This document shows positions 52,857-64,000 of a stretch of 64,000 nt of DNA, piece after piece (position 1 is the stretch's first letter; each line of letters opens with the position of its first letter). Below the pieces are notes generated by a model, which saw only the letters and a program-made list of their open reading frames with translations, made no database searches and was not told the DNA's origin. Position numbers and translations under genes: made by a program. Source of the DNA: Callorhinchus milii (taxonomy: Eukaryota); contig NW_024704742.1 of assembly GCF_018977255.1 (NCBI RefSeq), positions 27,964,001-28,028,000 on the forward strand, given 5' to 3'.

Positions 52857-55819
52857 TTCAGTGGCGGCCCCGAGAGGCAGGAGATGGTGACTTCCGAGAG
52901 TAAACACACTGGATTAAAATGTACCCCTCAGTAGCAGTAATCAACTCCCAGCACTTTTCCGCAAACTTTCTCAAATTTCCCTGCAATTTTTGGCAATTAT
53001 TTCCGCAATTTTCTATTGAACCTGGTTATGCATCAGGCTCAATAGGGAATGAGGCTCAAGTGTAAGGTTTAGCCAATAAATTTTTGCTTACAACAAAATA
53101 GAATATTCTTACACCACAAAGGGCTTGATATTATCAGTGAGGCTAAGAGCTGAAGAAACTCACTGCTGGAATCTCACTTCAAGTTGGAAATAACAGCTAA
53201 AACTCCGGGCCCCATGAATGATATTCTGTTCTACGAATAAAGCCGCTAGGCTGTTGTTAGCATTCTGAATATGTTTTCTGGTCTGAATTCCTTGGAGTCC
53301 GATTTTAGATTTGTACAGAGAAGTTGGTGCCAATATTCACTGTTCTGCATTAAGCATAGATGGTGATTATTTTACACGCTTTAGTACCTCTGCTTGAAGT
53401 GTACTATTTCCAAAATAATTGGGCTGCTGGCATGGTTCCTTGCAGCATCAGAGAGCAATGGACATTCACAATGAAGGCAAGACCAATATTATTTCTTCAT
53501 GGCTGGCATTGTGACTGGTGCCTTGTGACAGAAAAAAGAAAATATCTTAAATAATGCAGGGAGTCGAGTAACTCTGAAGTGTCCTTGAATTTTCATGACT
53601 TTGCCCTTTGCAAAATGCCTGTGCTCCAAGCCTCTAAATGTGTATGCAGATACAAAGAATTCACATTTTATAGCACCTGAGGTGCTTTCCAGTAATTAAT
53701 GTCAAGTACGTTTTGCAGGTCAATGGGATACCCATCCATGTCTAGGTCCCACAAACAATCATGAAGTCAATGAGCAATTATTCTGGAGGATTGTTGCCCA
53801 AGACATTTTCAGATATATGAATTCTACCGCATGGAAACAGGCCGTTTGGCCCAACTAGTCCATGCCAGTGTTTATACTTCACATGAGTCAAAATAGTCCC
53901 ATGAGGATATTCTGATACCACAAAGGGCCTGATATTTTTTCAGTGAGGCTAAGAGAAACTCACGTCTAATACCCACTGAGCCAGAGGTGAGAGTATTGCT
54001 AACAGAGCTGCACTGATGTAAATGATAATCCTTACATTCTATATTGTGCCTTATCACATTATTGAGATGCCTCAAAAGTTCTTCAAGGGATTACTGTTAA
54101 ATATAGTGACTGTATATTCTTATGGGCAAATGAGTCAACCAGTTTACCACAGCTATGTCCCGCAAACAGTCATGAAATAAATTTTTATTTGGGGCACTGT
54201 TGGCCACGACACTGAGAGAAACTCCCTTCTCTTTTTGAATTTGCCACGGGATCTTTAACATCCACTTGAACAGGCAGAGTGGACCTCGGGTTAAGGTTTC
54301 ATCCGAAGGATGCCTAAATGGCTGAATAAATAATAATTAAAAAAAATTGGAAGGAAATAATGATGGTAAATTAACAGTACTGGAGTTGAGCTTCTGTATG
54401 CTATACACACATACTATTGTTTTTCTCCTGCTAAGAAAGACGATGGAAGCCGATTTGGCCAAATAGATAAAAGCAGATGTATTTTGCTATTAAGAAGTGC
54501 ATTTAGTGGTTAAATTAAATCCACCAGATCAACGAGGTGCAAAAAAAAATTTGTGTGTTGATTTACTGTGTGACGTCATTAGGAGGAGGCATTAAAAGAG
54601 CATTACTTTAATGCTCATCATGAAGTAAAGGCATTACACGAACTTCTGATTAGCCAAATTGTCAGGTTGCACTAGTGAATGGCATCTATCATGAGAAGTA
54701 AATTTGAAAGGAAAATAATGTCTGTGTGTGGGCGGGGGTGCAAGGGGGGGAAATTAGCTTAAGTTTCTTATCTGAAGGAAGTCCGCATTGATTTTTACTG
54801 CAAGCAAATGTTAGGACCGAACAGCTTTTTTAATAAATATTGTAAAATATTTCTGCAATACTATAAATGACTGAACAGATAAAGGAAGAGGCAGGAAATA
54901 AATGCTTGTGTTAAACTTGACACAAAAGTTAACAGGGTCACTAACTATTATTGTCCCGGTCACTGATCGCCTGTGCCAGAATTAAAGCCATGAGCTTCAA
55001 TCTGCTTATTGCCCTTTTGTTAAACTCGTTGGGGATGTGGTAATGCAATGTGATTATTAACAACAATGGTAAATAATATCATACCACTGAAATTTCTGGT
55101 CCTAAACAATATGTACAGTCAATTCACTTTATAATATTCTGGGAAGGGCTTTGAGACGTCTCGAAAATGTGATAAGGCACTATATCAAATGCAAGGATTA
55201 TTATTAATATTGAATTACCGACTGCTTTGCGGTTTGAGCACAGTGATTAGGTTTTGAATCGACTTTGGTCCCAAAGATTTCCTTGGGCCCGTTTTGCTGT
55301 TTGTGAGTGCTGAAGGTGGCCTCTCTTGACTTACTCACAAAGTAACACCAAAACTCAGATTTAGTCATTTCCTTATTGGCGCTCAAAAATGATCCACTTA
55401 AAGATGAAATTCAGTGCCCAGGGCTTTTCAGTCTGGTTCGGGCGCTATTATTGTTCAGACGTTGGCGGGATGGGAAGGGAGATATTTCAGAATATAATTT
55501 AAACCTTGTTCTTTAAATAAGGAATGACGTGTTGAGGAATACTGTAATTTTGACACCAGTATGATTATCATTGCTATCTACTCCCCTCAGGCTTTCTCTG
55601 TCAAATTAAGATAATCTGTGTATTTGATATTCCACAGCCACAATTTGTTTTCCCATGGAGTGAACTGAACATGAGCTGAATTTCTGTCATATATAAATTG
55701 TTCTTGACCTGCTAGATTTTCCTCTTCTTCTTCCCATCCGAGGATTGAGTATAAGATACAAGAAAGTGAACGGTTTGAAGGGCCATGGGATAAGGTAGGG
55801 CAAATGGGACTGGATGGTC

Positions 55820-56056
55820 ATCAGTGGTCGGACCTTAGGCTTTTCTGCTCCCAGCCTTTTTCAAAGCCTATCTCAAGACCTTCCTTGTTTGACAATGCCT
55901 CTGGTCATTCTCCCACCTCCAACCTGCTTGACTCCACCCTTTGCCCTCCACCCACCCCTTGACTCGAATCCCCAACTGGATGCAAACCCTTCACTGTCCA
56001 ATGCCTTAGAATATCTTCCCAATGTAAAAGGTGCTATACAAATGCAATTTATTGTT
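55820..56056 (+). mobile_element. L2 3' fragment
   Basis: TCAGTGGTCGGACCTT..TTCAAAGCCTATCTCAAGACC..TGTAAAAGGTGCTATACAAATGC. Confidence 0.75.
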
Positions 56057-58950
56057 CTGAGATCCGTTGCAAACTCAGTGGTCTCCTCCTGCATTGTATC
56101 TATGATTTTATAATGTACCCTGTAAATGGCATCAGTGAAAAAAATGCTGAAATTCATCGGGTCTGTAATTGAATTTTTAAATGAAACTTAAGCTAGGAAT
56201 TAACTCTGTCTCTCCTAATGGGTCCCCACTCTTCAATCAGTGCAGCTCCAGGACTGCCTATGCTCCAGTGTGTTTGTGTCTCAAATTCATCAGGGTTCTG
56301 TAATCGGTTAACAATGGTATTTTATTAAACACTGCCCTTTCATCTACGATTCCTGTTCAAATTCAACCAAGTCTGATAGGATGACAAAAAAATTTCTGTG
56401 GGCCATTGAGCCCTAAGCAAAGTCAATTTGAACAGTTTGAACCCAAACTTTAGTCAAGTGTGCAAAGAATTACTCAAAATTCAACATTAAATTAGAAGTC
56501 GTTTACTGAGAAGTCATGAGGATTAGTGATGGGTAAATGAAAAAGTCTCAGTGATGCAGTAGTCAGTGCTTTTTTAATGTTGTGATTGAGATGCACTGTT
56601 GGAGAGATGGATCTTAACACTGCATACAATTCATGCTGTCTCTGGCAAGATGGTGCTTGATGCTGACATACGATGACATAAATGACATATCACCATTGTG
56701 ATCGTTCACTGACCACAAAAAGCCACCTTTTGTTGCCCAAAAAGAAATTGAATAAGATTGTTGCTTCACAACAGTGCCCAAAGAAACCAGTGACAGATTT
56801 ATTGTCACTTTGAACAATAGTGCTTTGTGATTATTGGAATAAAACACTGGGAAGGCTACATTTGATTATTTTGTGTTTTGATTTTAATAAGTTCTGTGAC
56901 AACTCACTTTACTGTGCCTTGTTTATCTCTGTGTGTAATTGAGAATGAGAGCAACCAACTTGGTTACAGCTTTGATTGATATTTCATGAACAGAAACCAA
57001 ATTAAGGTAAAACTGCAGATAAACCTTACCCCTCCATACTTGTCAAAATATTTTTTTTTTAATCGGAGTATGATATTCGCTCCATTTCATTTTCAACTAA
57101 GATTTGCAGAATTGCCAGCAGACTATCACCAACAAAGCAGCAGGAAATGACATTTTATGACATTTTTGGCTTAGCAACAAGGAATGACCCTTTTTCTAAT
57201 ATCCTTTGCTTAGCAACCAGACAACCGTCAGTATAGACTGGCACCATGTTTTACTCCACTAAACATAAACAACTGAAAATTATAATGAAAAAACCCTCAA
57301 AATTTCAACCTGTCTAAGTTCAAAGTTGCCCATTTGTTGGGCTGAAATTGCATGCCTATTATATTGCGAAGGTAATGGAATTTGGAGAGCAAATTAAGAC
57401 TTATGTGGTTAAAATATCTACAAATTCCCGAGGTTATTTTTTGGATGTAAAACACCATCACTTCACTGAAGTTCAGTCACGGTGCACCCCTGATTTGACC
57501 TGAAGAAGACAGATTTCTAATGCACATTGCAAAATTGTGTTAAGTAAGCATGTTTTCTCCATCCCCTCTAGTAATATATAAATAGGGCTGTCAGGACCAG
57601 CCATATATCACTGAAAGGTCATTGGAGGAGAAGCAGAGGAGTTGTGTTGCTGGTTTGGGTTCAAGTTTTTGCTAGTGGTATCCACATGTGGTAAATAAAG
57701 TCATATATAAAAAAATTCTGGGACCATTCTAATTGTTGAGGAATTTCTATGAAAAGACTTGTTCTTCCTTCATTGCTAAGACATCAGTGCTGTAGTATTA
57801 TATCTCCTCACAGTCTTGTATCTCGCCGGGATATTTGGGTGGGTAAATATTATACTCCTCTCGTACTTTCTGTGTCTCTGCTGTTCCTTGGCATAACTGC
57901 TAGATGAGATGGGGAATATCCAATGAATCCCAGGATTTAATGGCAACACTCTGAATCTAGGTCTCTGAATCATGGTCACAATGGGGTGAAGATGAGATTC
58001 ACTCTTCAAGATTCATTTGGATCGCAGTAGATAGCTCCAATAGGAAAATTAGCATGGGGAAAGGCACCAGAGCCTCAATGCTCTCCTCATACGCTGCGAT
58101 TTCTCTGAATACTTTCTGCCACATGCTGTAAGTAAGTATTTCAATGGAATAATGTAACAGTGAATTTAAGACTCATCTCTGATTTCAGCTTGTGAATGAA
58201 AAGTTTAAACCTAAGCAAAATATAACTATAGAGTTGCCTCCTTTCTTCATTACGGCTGGTGATTCCTGCTCTCTCTGGTGTATTGAAATGGTACGAACTG
58301 AGCTAAATTGCCGGTTGATGAATCCTTTGAAGGCTTTCTGAAAGCTTGGCATGTGCCCTTCCTGCCTCATTGTATTTGCTGTTTGGATCATTAAAGGTAG
58401 CGGCATATTTGACTGCTTAGAATGGTCCAGCACATTTTATGTGAACTAATACAGATGGCCTGCAAATGAGACCCTGCTCTAATGCACAAATAGGTTTTAA
58501 ATGGGTGCCCTGGGCTGAAGCTTGAATCTCTTAAAGAGAGCCACCAGCGAAACAAAAAGTGACGTTTGGAGTTATTGGACTTAAATTAAATTTTTGTTCA
58601 TTTGGATAAAATTAGAGCGTTGGAATTATTTGGACCCATTACTTAATTGGATAATGGAGGAGAATGTAAGTGCATGGAGGAAGGAGGATTAACTGCAATG
58701 GCAATGGTTTTGAAATGCACTTTTAGATCCATTCAACCTTAGATAATTTTTAATAAAAATGAACAGTACAGAAGGAGGCCTTTCAGTCCACTGTGCCTTT
58801 ACTGATTCTCTTAAAGAGCAACCCATTTTATCCATAATCTTTAGTCTTGCCTTTTCCGCATACCCTTTTATAATTCTTCATTTCAGATACGTAACTGTTT
58901 CCTTCTTGGAATCTAAAATGGATTCTGCCACATTCACTGATCCACATAGG

Positions 58951-59209
58951 TAGGGTGACTGTATTTTGTAAACCAAATTCGGGGACACAAATTAAAAAAA
59001 ATTGAACTCACCATGATTCCTGATGCTGGCAGTGCTACAGAAGCTTGTTGGATAAATGGCTGTATTTCTCTGATGAATGTATCTGTTTTGGAATTCTATT
59101 GTTCTTGCTCAGCTTGTTGCTGAACTCAAGATAGAGAAAATTTGGCCCCAAGGACACAATACCTCACCTGGGGTCTGTCCCCGGAAATCTAGGACGCATG
59201 GTCAGCGAA
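58951..59209. mobile_element. Non-autonomous hAT-type (Tip100-like) element inserted in a minus-strand CR1 3' fragment
   Basis: TIRs TAGGGTGAC / TGGTCAGCGAA, internal GGGACA/TGTCCC motifs, TSD CACATAGG (58943) / AACATAGG (59209). The flanks rejoin as CR1 sequence. Confidence 0.68.
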
Positions 59210-59256
59210 ACATAGGGCACTCCATAGTCGTAACAACTCTCTGAGTAAACAACCTA

Positions 59257-59990
59257 CAGGCTGACCTCGGTATAATGAATGCCCTGGGAGCTTATATCTA
59301 GGTGTTCGCTATAAACATTTACAATAATAATAATAATCATACTCCTTGTATTTGATATAGCACTTTTCGTATCTTCTAGACATCTCAAAGCACTTCACAG
59401 AATATGCTGGAAAGTAAATTGACTGTATATTTGTGAGCGAAATGTGTCAGCTAATTGAGCACAGCAGTGTCCCACAAACAGTTGTGGATTGAAAATGGCC
59501 AATTTATTATTGTTTTGTTTTTTGGAGGGATTATTATTATTAGGCATGTGGAGTGAGGAAACTTGCCCAAGGTTTCGCCCTGCCTGGAATTGAACCCAGG
59601 TGTTTTGCTTGCAAGATGAGTGCTCTAACCACTGAGCTACAGGAAATGGCCAAGGGTTAGGCATGGTGAGCAGTCATCTACAGAAGGGAAAGAGGAGCTG
59701 GTTTATGGAGTGTGGTGAGAGGAGTGGGCTGTGCGAGCGACTACCTGCCGCATGCTCTCACTCTCCAGCGCTCGGATATTTGAGCGTTGGTTTGCTGTTT
59801 AGCTGCTCGATGCCCCCGTGATTGACTGCCGAACAACCCCGCCATTTTGACTTGATTGCAGATCGTTAGATCTGTTTCAATGATCGCTGTATCGGGGTAA
59901 GAATCAATAGGAAAAAACAGGTCTCAATGTCGAGCTTGGTATAACCAGAAGGATTGTGATAACTAGCAGGCGTTATACAGAGCAGGTGGA
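59257..59990. mobile_element. Possible Tigger/pogo-like DNA transposon remnant containing a SINE
   Basis: TA|CAGGCTGACCTCGGTATAATG at the left end; CGTTATACAGAG at 59971 is a partial inverted match. The right end is degenerate. Confidence 0.42.
59323..59644 (-). mobile_element. Young tRNA/CORE SINE, full length
   Basis: Close match to 14418-14731 and 29295-29610. Confidence 0.9.
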
Positions 59991-62900
59991 ATTTAATGCA
60001 GCAGCCTGCATTAACCTCTCCCTTTATTTTATTGCTAATTACCTTAAAGCTATGCCCCCCACTTACTAAATCATTGACAGATAGAAATAATTTCCCCCTG
60101 CTTACTTTATCAAAATCCCTGTTTACTGTGTTAAAAAAAAAACTTTATCAGGCTCCTCTCATCCTTCGCTGCTCTATTTCAGGTAACCCAGCCCTGTTTT
60201 TTCCTGTCTTTCCTCATCAATAAGTTAATTGCTCATTGAGTTCATTGAAATCATTGGATCCTACAATTCCTTTGTCACAGAAAAGGAATAAAATGTTATT
60301 AATAATAATAATAATCTTCAATTTGATTCAGAACCTTTTACAAGACGTCTCAAAGCGCTTCAGAAATTACTGTGAAGTATTCACTAATTTGATTTTGGGT
60401 ATTGTTGGCCAGGAACTCCCTTTCTTTTTGAATAGTGCCATAGGATCATTTCATGCCCATTGAAACAGGCAGGTGGGACATTGGTTAACATCTCATCCAA
60501 TGATGCCCAGGAATACTGGGCTGCATGGGGAATAGAGCTCCTCTGACCTAGTGTCATAAGGCCAGCCAGCTTCATATCAGATTTTAAAATTGGCTCTCAG
60601 CAACAAAACCATAGTCATCGTCTAATCTACATTGGATTCCTCTAAATCCCTCATCATTTTGCTTCAGCTTTTGTAAAATAAAATAATTCCCTTATTAAAC
60701 CCTTACGTAACAGTATTACTCTGCAGAGATGGCTTTCCAATGACCTTTTCAGTCCCAATTTTAGTCCTCCTTTGAGCTGTCATAAGCATAATTATCATTT
60801 TGTTGAGACCCGTAATACATATAAAAAGAAAATGATAATAATGGCCTAATTTAATCTCAGTATTTTGATGATTTTCACAAACCACTTTGCTCTTGTAGTT
60901 CCTGATGTCCAATCAACCCCTAAATTAAACTCTAGACTTCCTGCTCACTCGTGGACCATCTCTGACCTTTTTCCATCATTACAAACAAGGAATTTAATCG
61001 CATCTTATTCAGTATTTGGATCTAAGAATTAAAGATGGGATTTCATCAGAGCTACATGATTTTTAATGAAGGGTATGAAAAGCTTAAGAAATGGATGGGA
61101 GAGAAGAAGCAAGATAATTTAGCGAATATTGGACTTGCAGGAAGTAGGTGTGTTTTATGGAAATTTCAAATGCCTGAATTAATCTGCGCCATTATAGGAT
61201 GCACTGAATTCTAACTCTTTAAATGGCTATCTGTGATGGTATTACATTATACTTGTGAGAATAAAGAAAAAGAACAATGTTTTAAAACATTTTATCATTT
61301 TACCGATTACCATATTCTGAAGGCCGGTTTGTAACTCTCCAGCCCAGAGTGAAGATCAATTTCTGAACTAGCTAATCTCAGCTCATACAATAACAGGAGA
61401 ACTACAAGCGTCTTTGTTGTCCCTTATAATGCATGGAGAAGTCAACCCCTTCCCCACACACTTTTTGTACACAGCAGATAAGGGAATAAAAACTAGCTCT
61501 ACTGTGAAGCCCTGTAACAACAACTTGTGCGTATGTATGTATATATAGATAGCGTCCTTCACACAGTGTAGCATCTCGAAGCACTTAAATTCATTTGTCT
61601 AGTTTAAACATAACGAATGTAACTTGGCTGAGGGACAAGACACCGACTGTGGAAACGTTTCCTAGAAAGAGCCTGAATCTTCAGGAGAAAGGAAATGAAA
61701 ACAAAACAAAATTATCTTATTTTTATGCAGTATGACTCAAATTAAATAGATTTTTTTCATTTTGACATTTAGATTTTAGTTGGTGAAGAATGTGCTTTCT
61801 ACCATGACTCTCTGAGGTGATCAGTGTTTCATGAATCTCTCAGCCTTGCTGTTTATTTGAAGTGAGCGAGGATTCACCTGCCTGTTCTGAAAACCAAGAT
61901 AACAAACAAAGCACATTTTGTCCTATGAACGAATTGAAACCAGCTATTTTGTAATGTAATGCTTATTTTTGATGTGGTACCTTGTGTCAAAATATATCAG
62001 AATTTTCACCAAACATATACTTTGAAAAGCTGTGTTTGTTGTTACATCGGCAATTGTGAAAGCTTATCTTTGTCAATAAGATCTCAGAAACAGAACTGAG
62101 ATAAATAATCCTTACATTTCTACTGCGTTTACATTGGGACATCTCAAAGCACTTGACAGGATTGTTTTGTAAAGTGTAGTATCTGTGTTTTGTAAGTGAA
62201 TGCAGCCAAATTGCATAGAGCAATGCCCCACAAACAGCCAGGAAGTAATAAGCAATTTTGTCCGGGGATTGTCAGTCAGGACACTGTGAGAAGCCCCCTT
62301 TTTTCAACAAGCGCATGGGATCTTTAAGGCCTAAACAGGCAGAAATGGCCAACTCCATTTCCATCCCGAATTTTGTTTTCAACAACAACATTAAATTGTA
62401 TTAAATTAATGATTGATATCAATCTTTAAAGCCCGAGTTGGACTGAGTGGAATATCTTCTGGTCCCATATCTGAATTGACTCTTCTACTGGGATGTTGAT
62501 CATTTATGATGAGGTTATTGGTTTCAATGCTAAAAATCTTCTTTCTACAAAGTGAGCCTCTCCAATAAAACTTCAACAATATTCCATCACGTTTGAAATG
62601 TCATTCATATATGGCTTGAGAAGGAAAGCTTTTTAAAGGAAAAAGCCTCCATATGTTAATGTTTTATCTATAATTGTATCGCATATTTAAATAAATCCCG
62701 CACCAAATATCAATGAATAACATTTCTTTGCAGAAAACAAATAGCACTGAAGTAAATGTGTAATTATTTAAATTGGTAAGTCAATTTAAATATTAATATT
62801 CATTTATCATCACTAATACATTATATTGCACAAAATTATTGAGCCTTCAGAATTTGAACAAAAGGTAATGTCAGATCTGGCAACGTTTTGTGTTTGCTGA

Positions 62901-64000
62901 TGTAAATTGTTCCATGTAAGTCAATTAATACGCTGTAGCAAAATAGTTTTCCTTCATTCCTGAACCTCAGCTGCAGCATGCCTCATGCTTACCCTTTTTA
63001 TCTGTGAAAGGAATCGTTGCTCCTACTCGTTCTGTCTGACAACCCTGAGGACATTCCTGATAAGAAAAACAGACTGAGAATACAGATCTACACAGTCTGC
63101 TATTTTTACTGTAGGAGCTTTGAAGAAAACGTGATTACGATTTTGTTGGGCTTCTTTTTGAAAGCTATCTGAAGGTTCCAAAAATGTACTGTTATGAATA
63201 GGCAACTTAAAATTGTGAAGCCTTTTGAAAAATTACCTTTCACAAAGCAGAGTGAAGCTCTTAGCTCTCAGCTGAGAGTTCAGCATATCCTCATTGATGA
63301 CCGCAGTTATAAGTACAATGCCTATTGACACCAGATATTACTTTTGTCTGTAAGAGTTGTTCAGTAATCGTAATTCACATCTGTCAATCTATGACCTTTA
63401 AATTACCTGAAATAATTCTGTACAAAATGCAGGATGAATAATAGAGAACATCATCTTAAAATCGTGTTGACATCCAGTCTTTGAATGTGTAAGGCTGTGA
63501 GAAAGTTATTATTTAATCGTTTGTGAAATGTTAAACCTAGCAAGAATCAACAAATTATATTTTTGAAGCAGTTAATGAATGACAGTCGTTGTTAATGTAA
63601 AAAATATTTTTTTGAATGGTTATTTCTATTAAGCACTGTGTCACACTGAATTACTTGTAGACAGATACAGTCACGTGCCAGGCAGGTGTAACATTATGGT
63701 TAGCATACAAAATCCATTTCCATAGCGAAGATACTGCACTTAGTCATTAATAGCATATCTTTTTGTGTCATATTCCTGGAAGAAATCCATATGTTACTAC
63801 ATTTGAATCAGTTATGAAACATAGTATTTTTCACCTCCGTTGTCTATACTGAGGGTAAGAAGGCAGTGGATTGGATCACAACAAAATCTCAATCTGTTGT
63901 TTATCTTGGTGCAAATTTCCTCCAAGGGAAAGCGTGGAGTACAATACAATTTGAATTTATTTATCACTTTTCACAGAAGGAGGGCATCTCAAAATGCTTG

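Larger units (their letters stand above)
52370..52910. promoter_or_regulatory. CpG-enriched promoter-like region
   Basis: Highest non-repeat CpG density in the window. CCAAT at 52456, TATAAA at 52497, E2F-like GCGGGAAA at 52648, ETS ACTTCCG at 52890, FOX GTAAACA sites at ~52589 (-) and ~52900. Confidence 0.65.

Noticed and set aside
61625..61690. Hammerhead-like CTGA..GAAAC on both strands around the palindrome GGAAACGTTTCC
   Set aside because: No convincing stem II pairing on either strand.
934..63205. Remaining short ORFs in the supplied track as host genes
   Set aside because: They are alternate or antisense frames of L2/CR1/SINE repeats, microsatellite translations, or chance ORFs without recognisable motifs.

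Overview
Repeat-rich, gene-poor eukaryotic DNA, almost certainly vertebrate. The repeat mix (L2 and CR1 LINEs, tRNA-headed Deu-domain SINEs, a young tRNA/CORE-like SINE with an L2 tail) suggests a cartilaginous fish, possibly a chimaera; that is an inference. Every protein similarity I can recognise comes from a retrotransposon: L2 RT (several copies, one near-intact and apparently young), CR1 RT and one RTE-clade RT remnant. I could not identify any host gene. The best host-gene evidence is a CpG-enriched promoter-like region at ~52.4-52.9 kb with a possible signal-peptide first exon. Less obvious structures: a composite non-autonomous Helitron (32242-32769), an unclassified dispersed repeat family (5 copies sharing one end and a near-invariant motif), a chimeric tRNA+CORE+Deu+L2-tail SINE in long and deleted forms, a nested CR1/hAT/Tigger-like/SINE cluster, two foldback-plus-tandem-duplication scars, a degenerate Penelope-type hammerhead and several TF-motif clusters. 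I see no convincing new multi-gene system. All alignments were done by eye and boundaries of old repeats are approximate.
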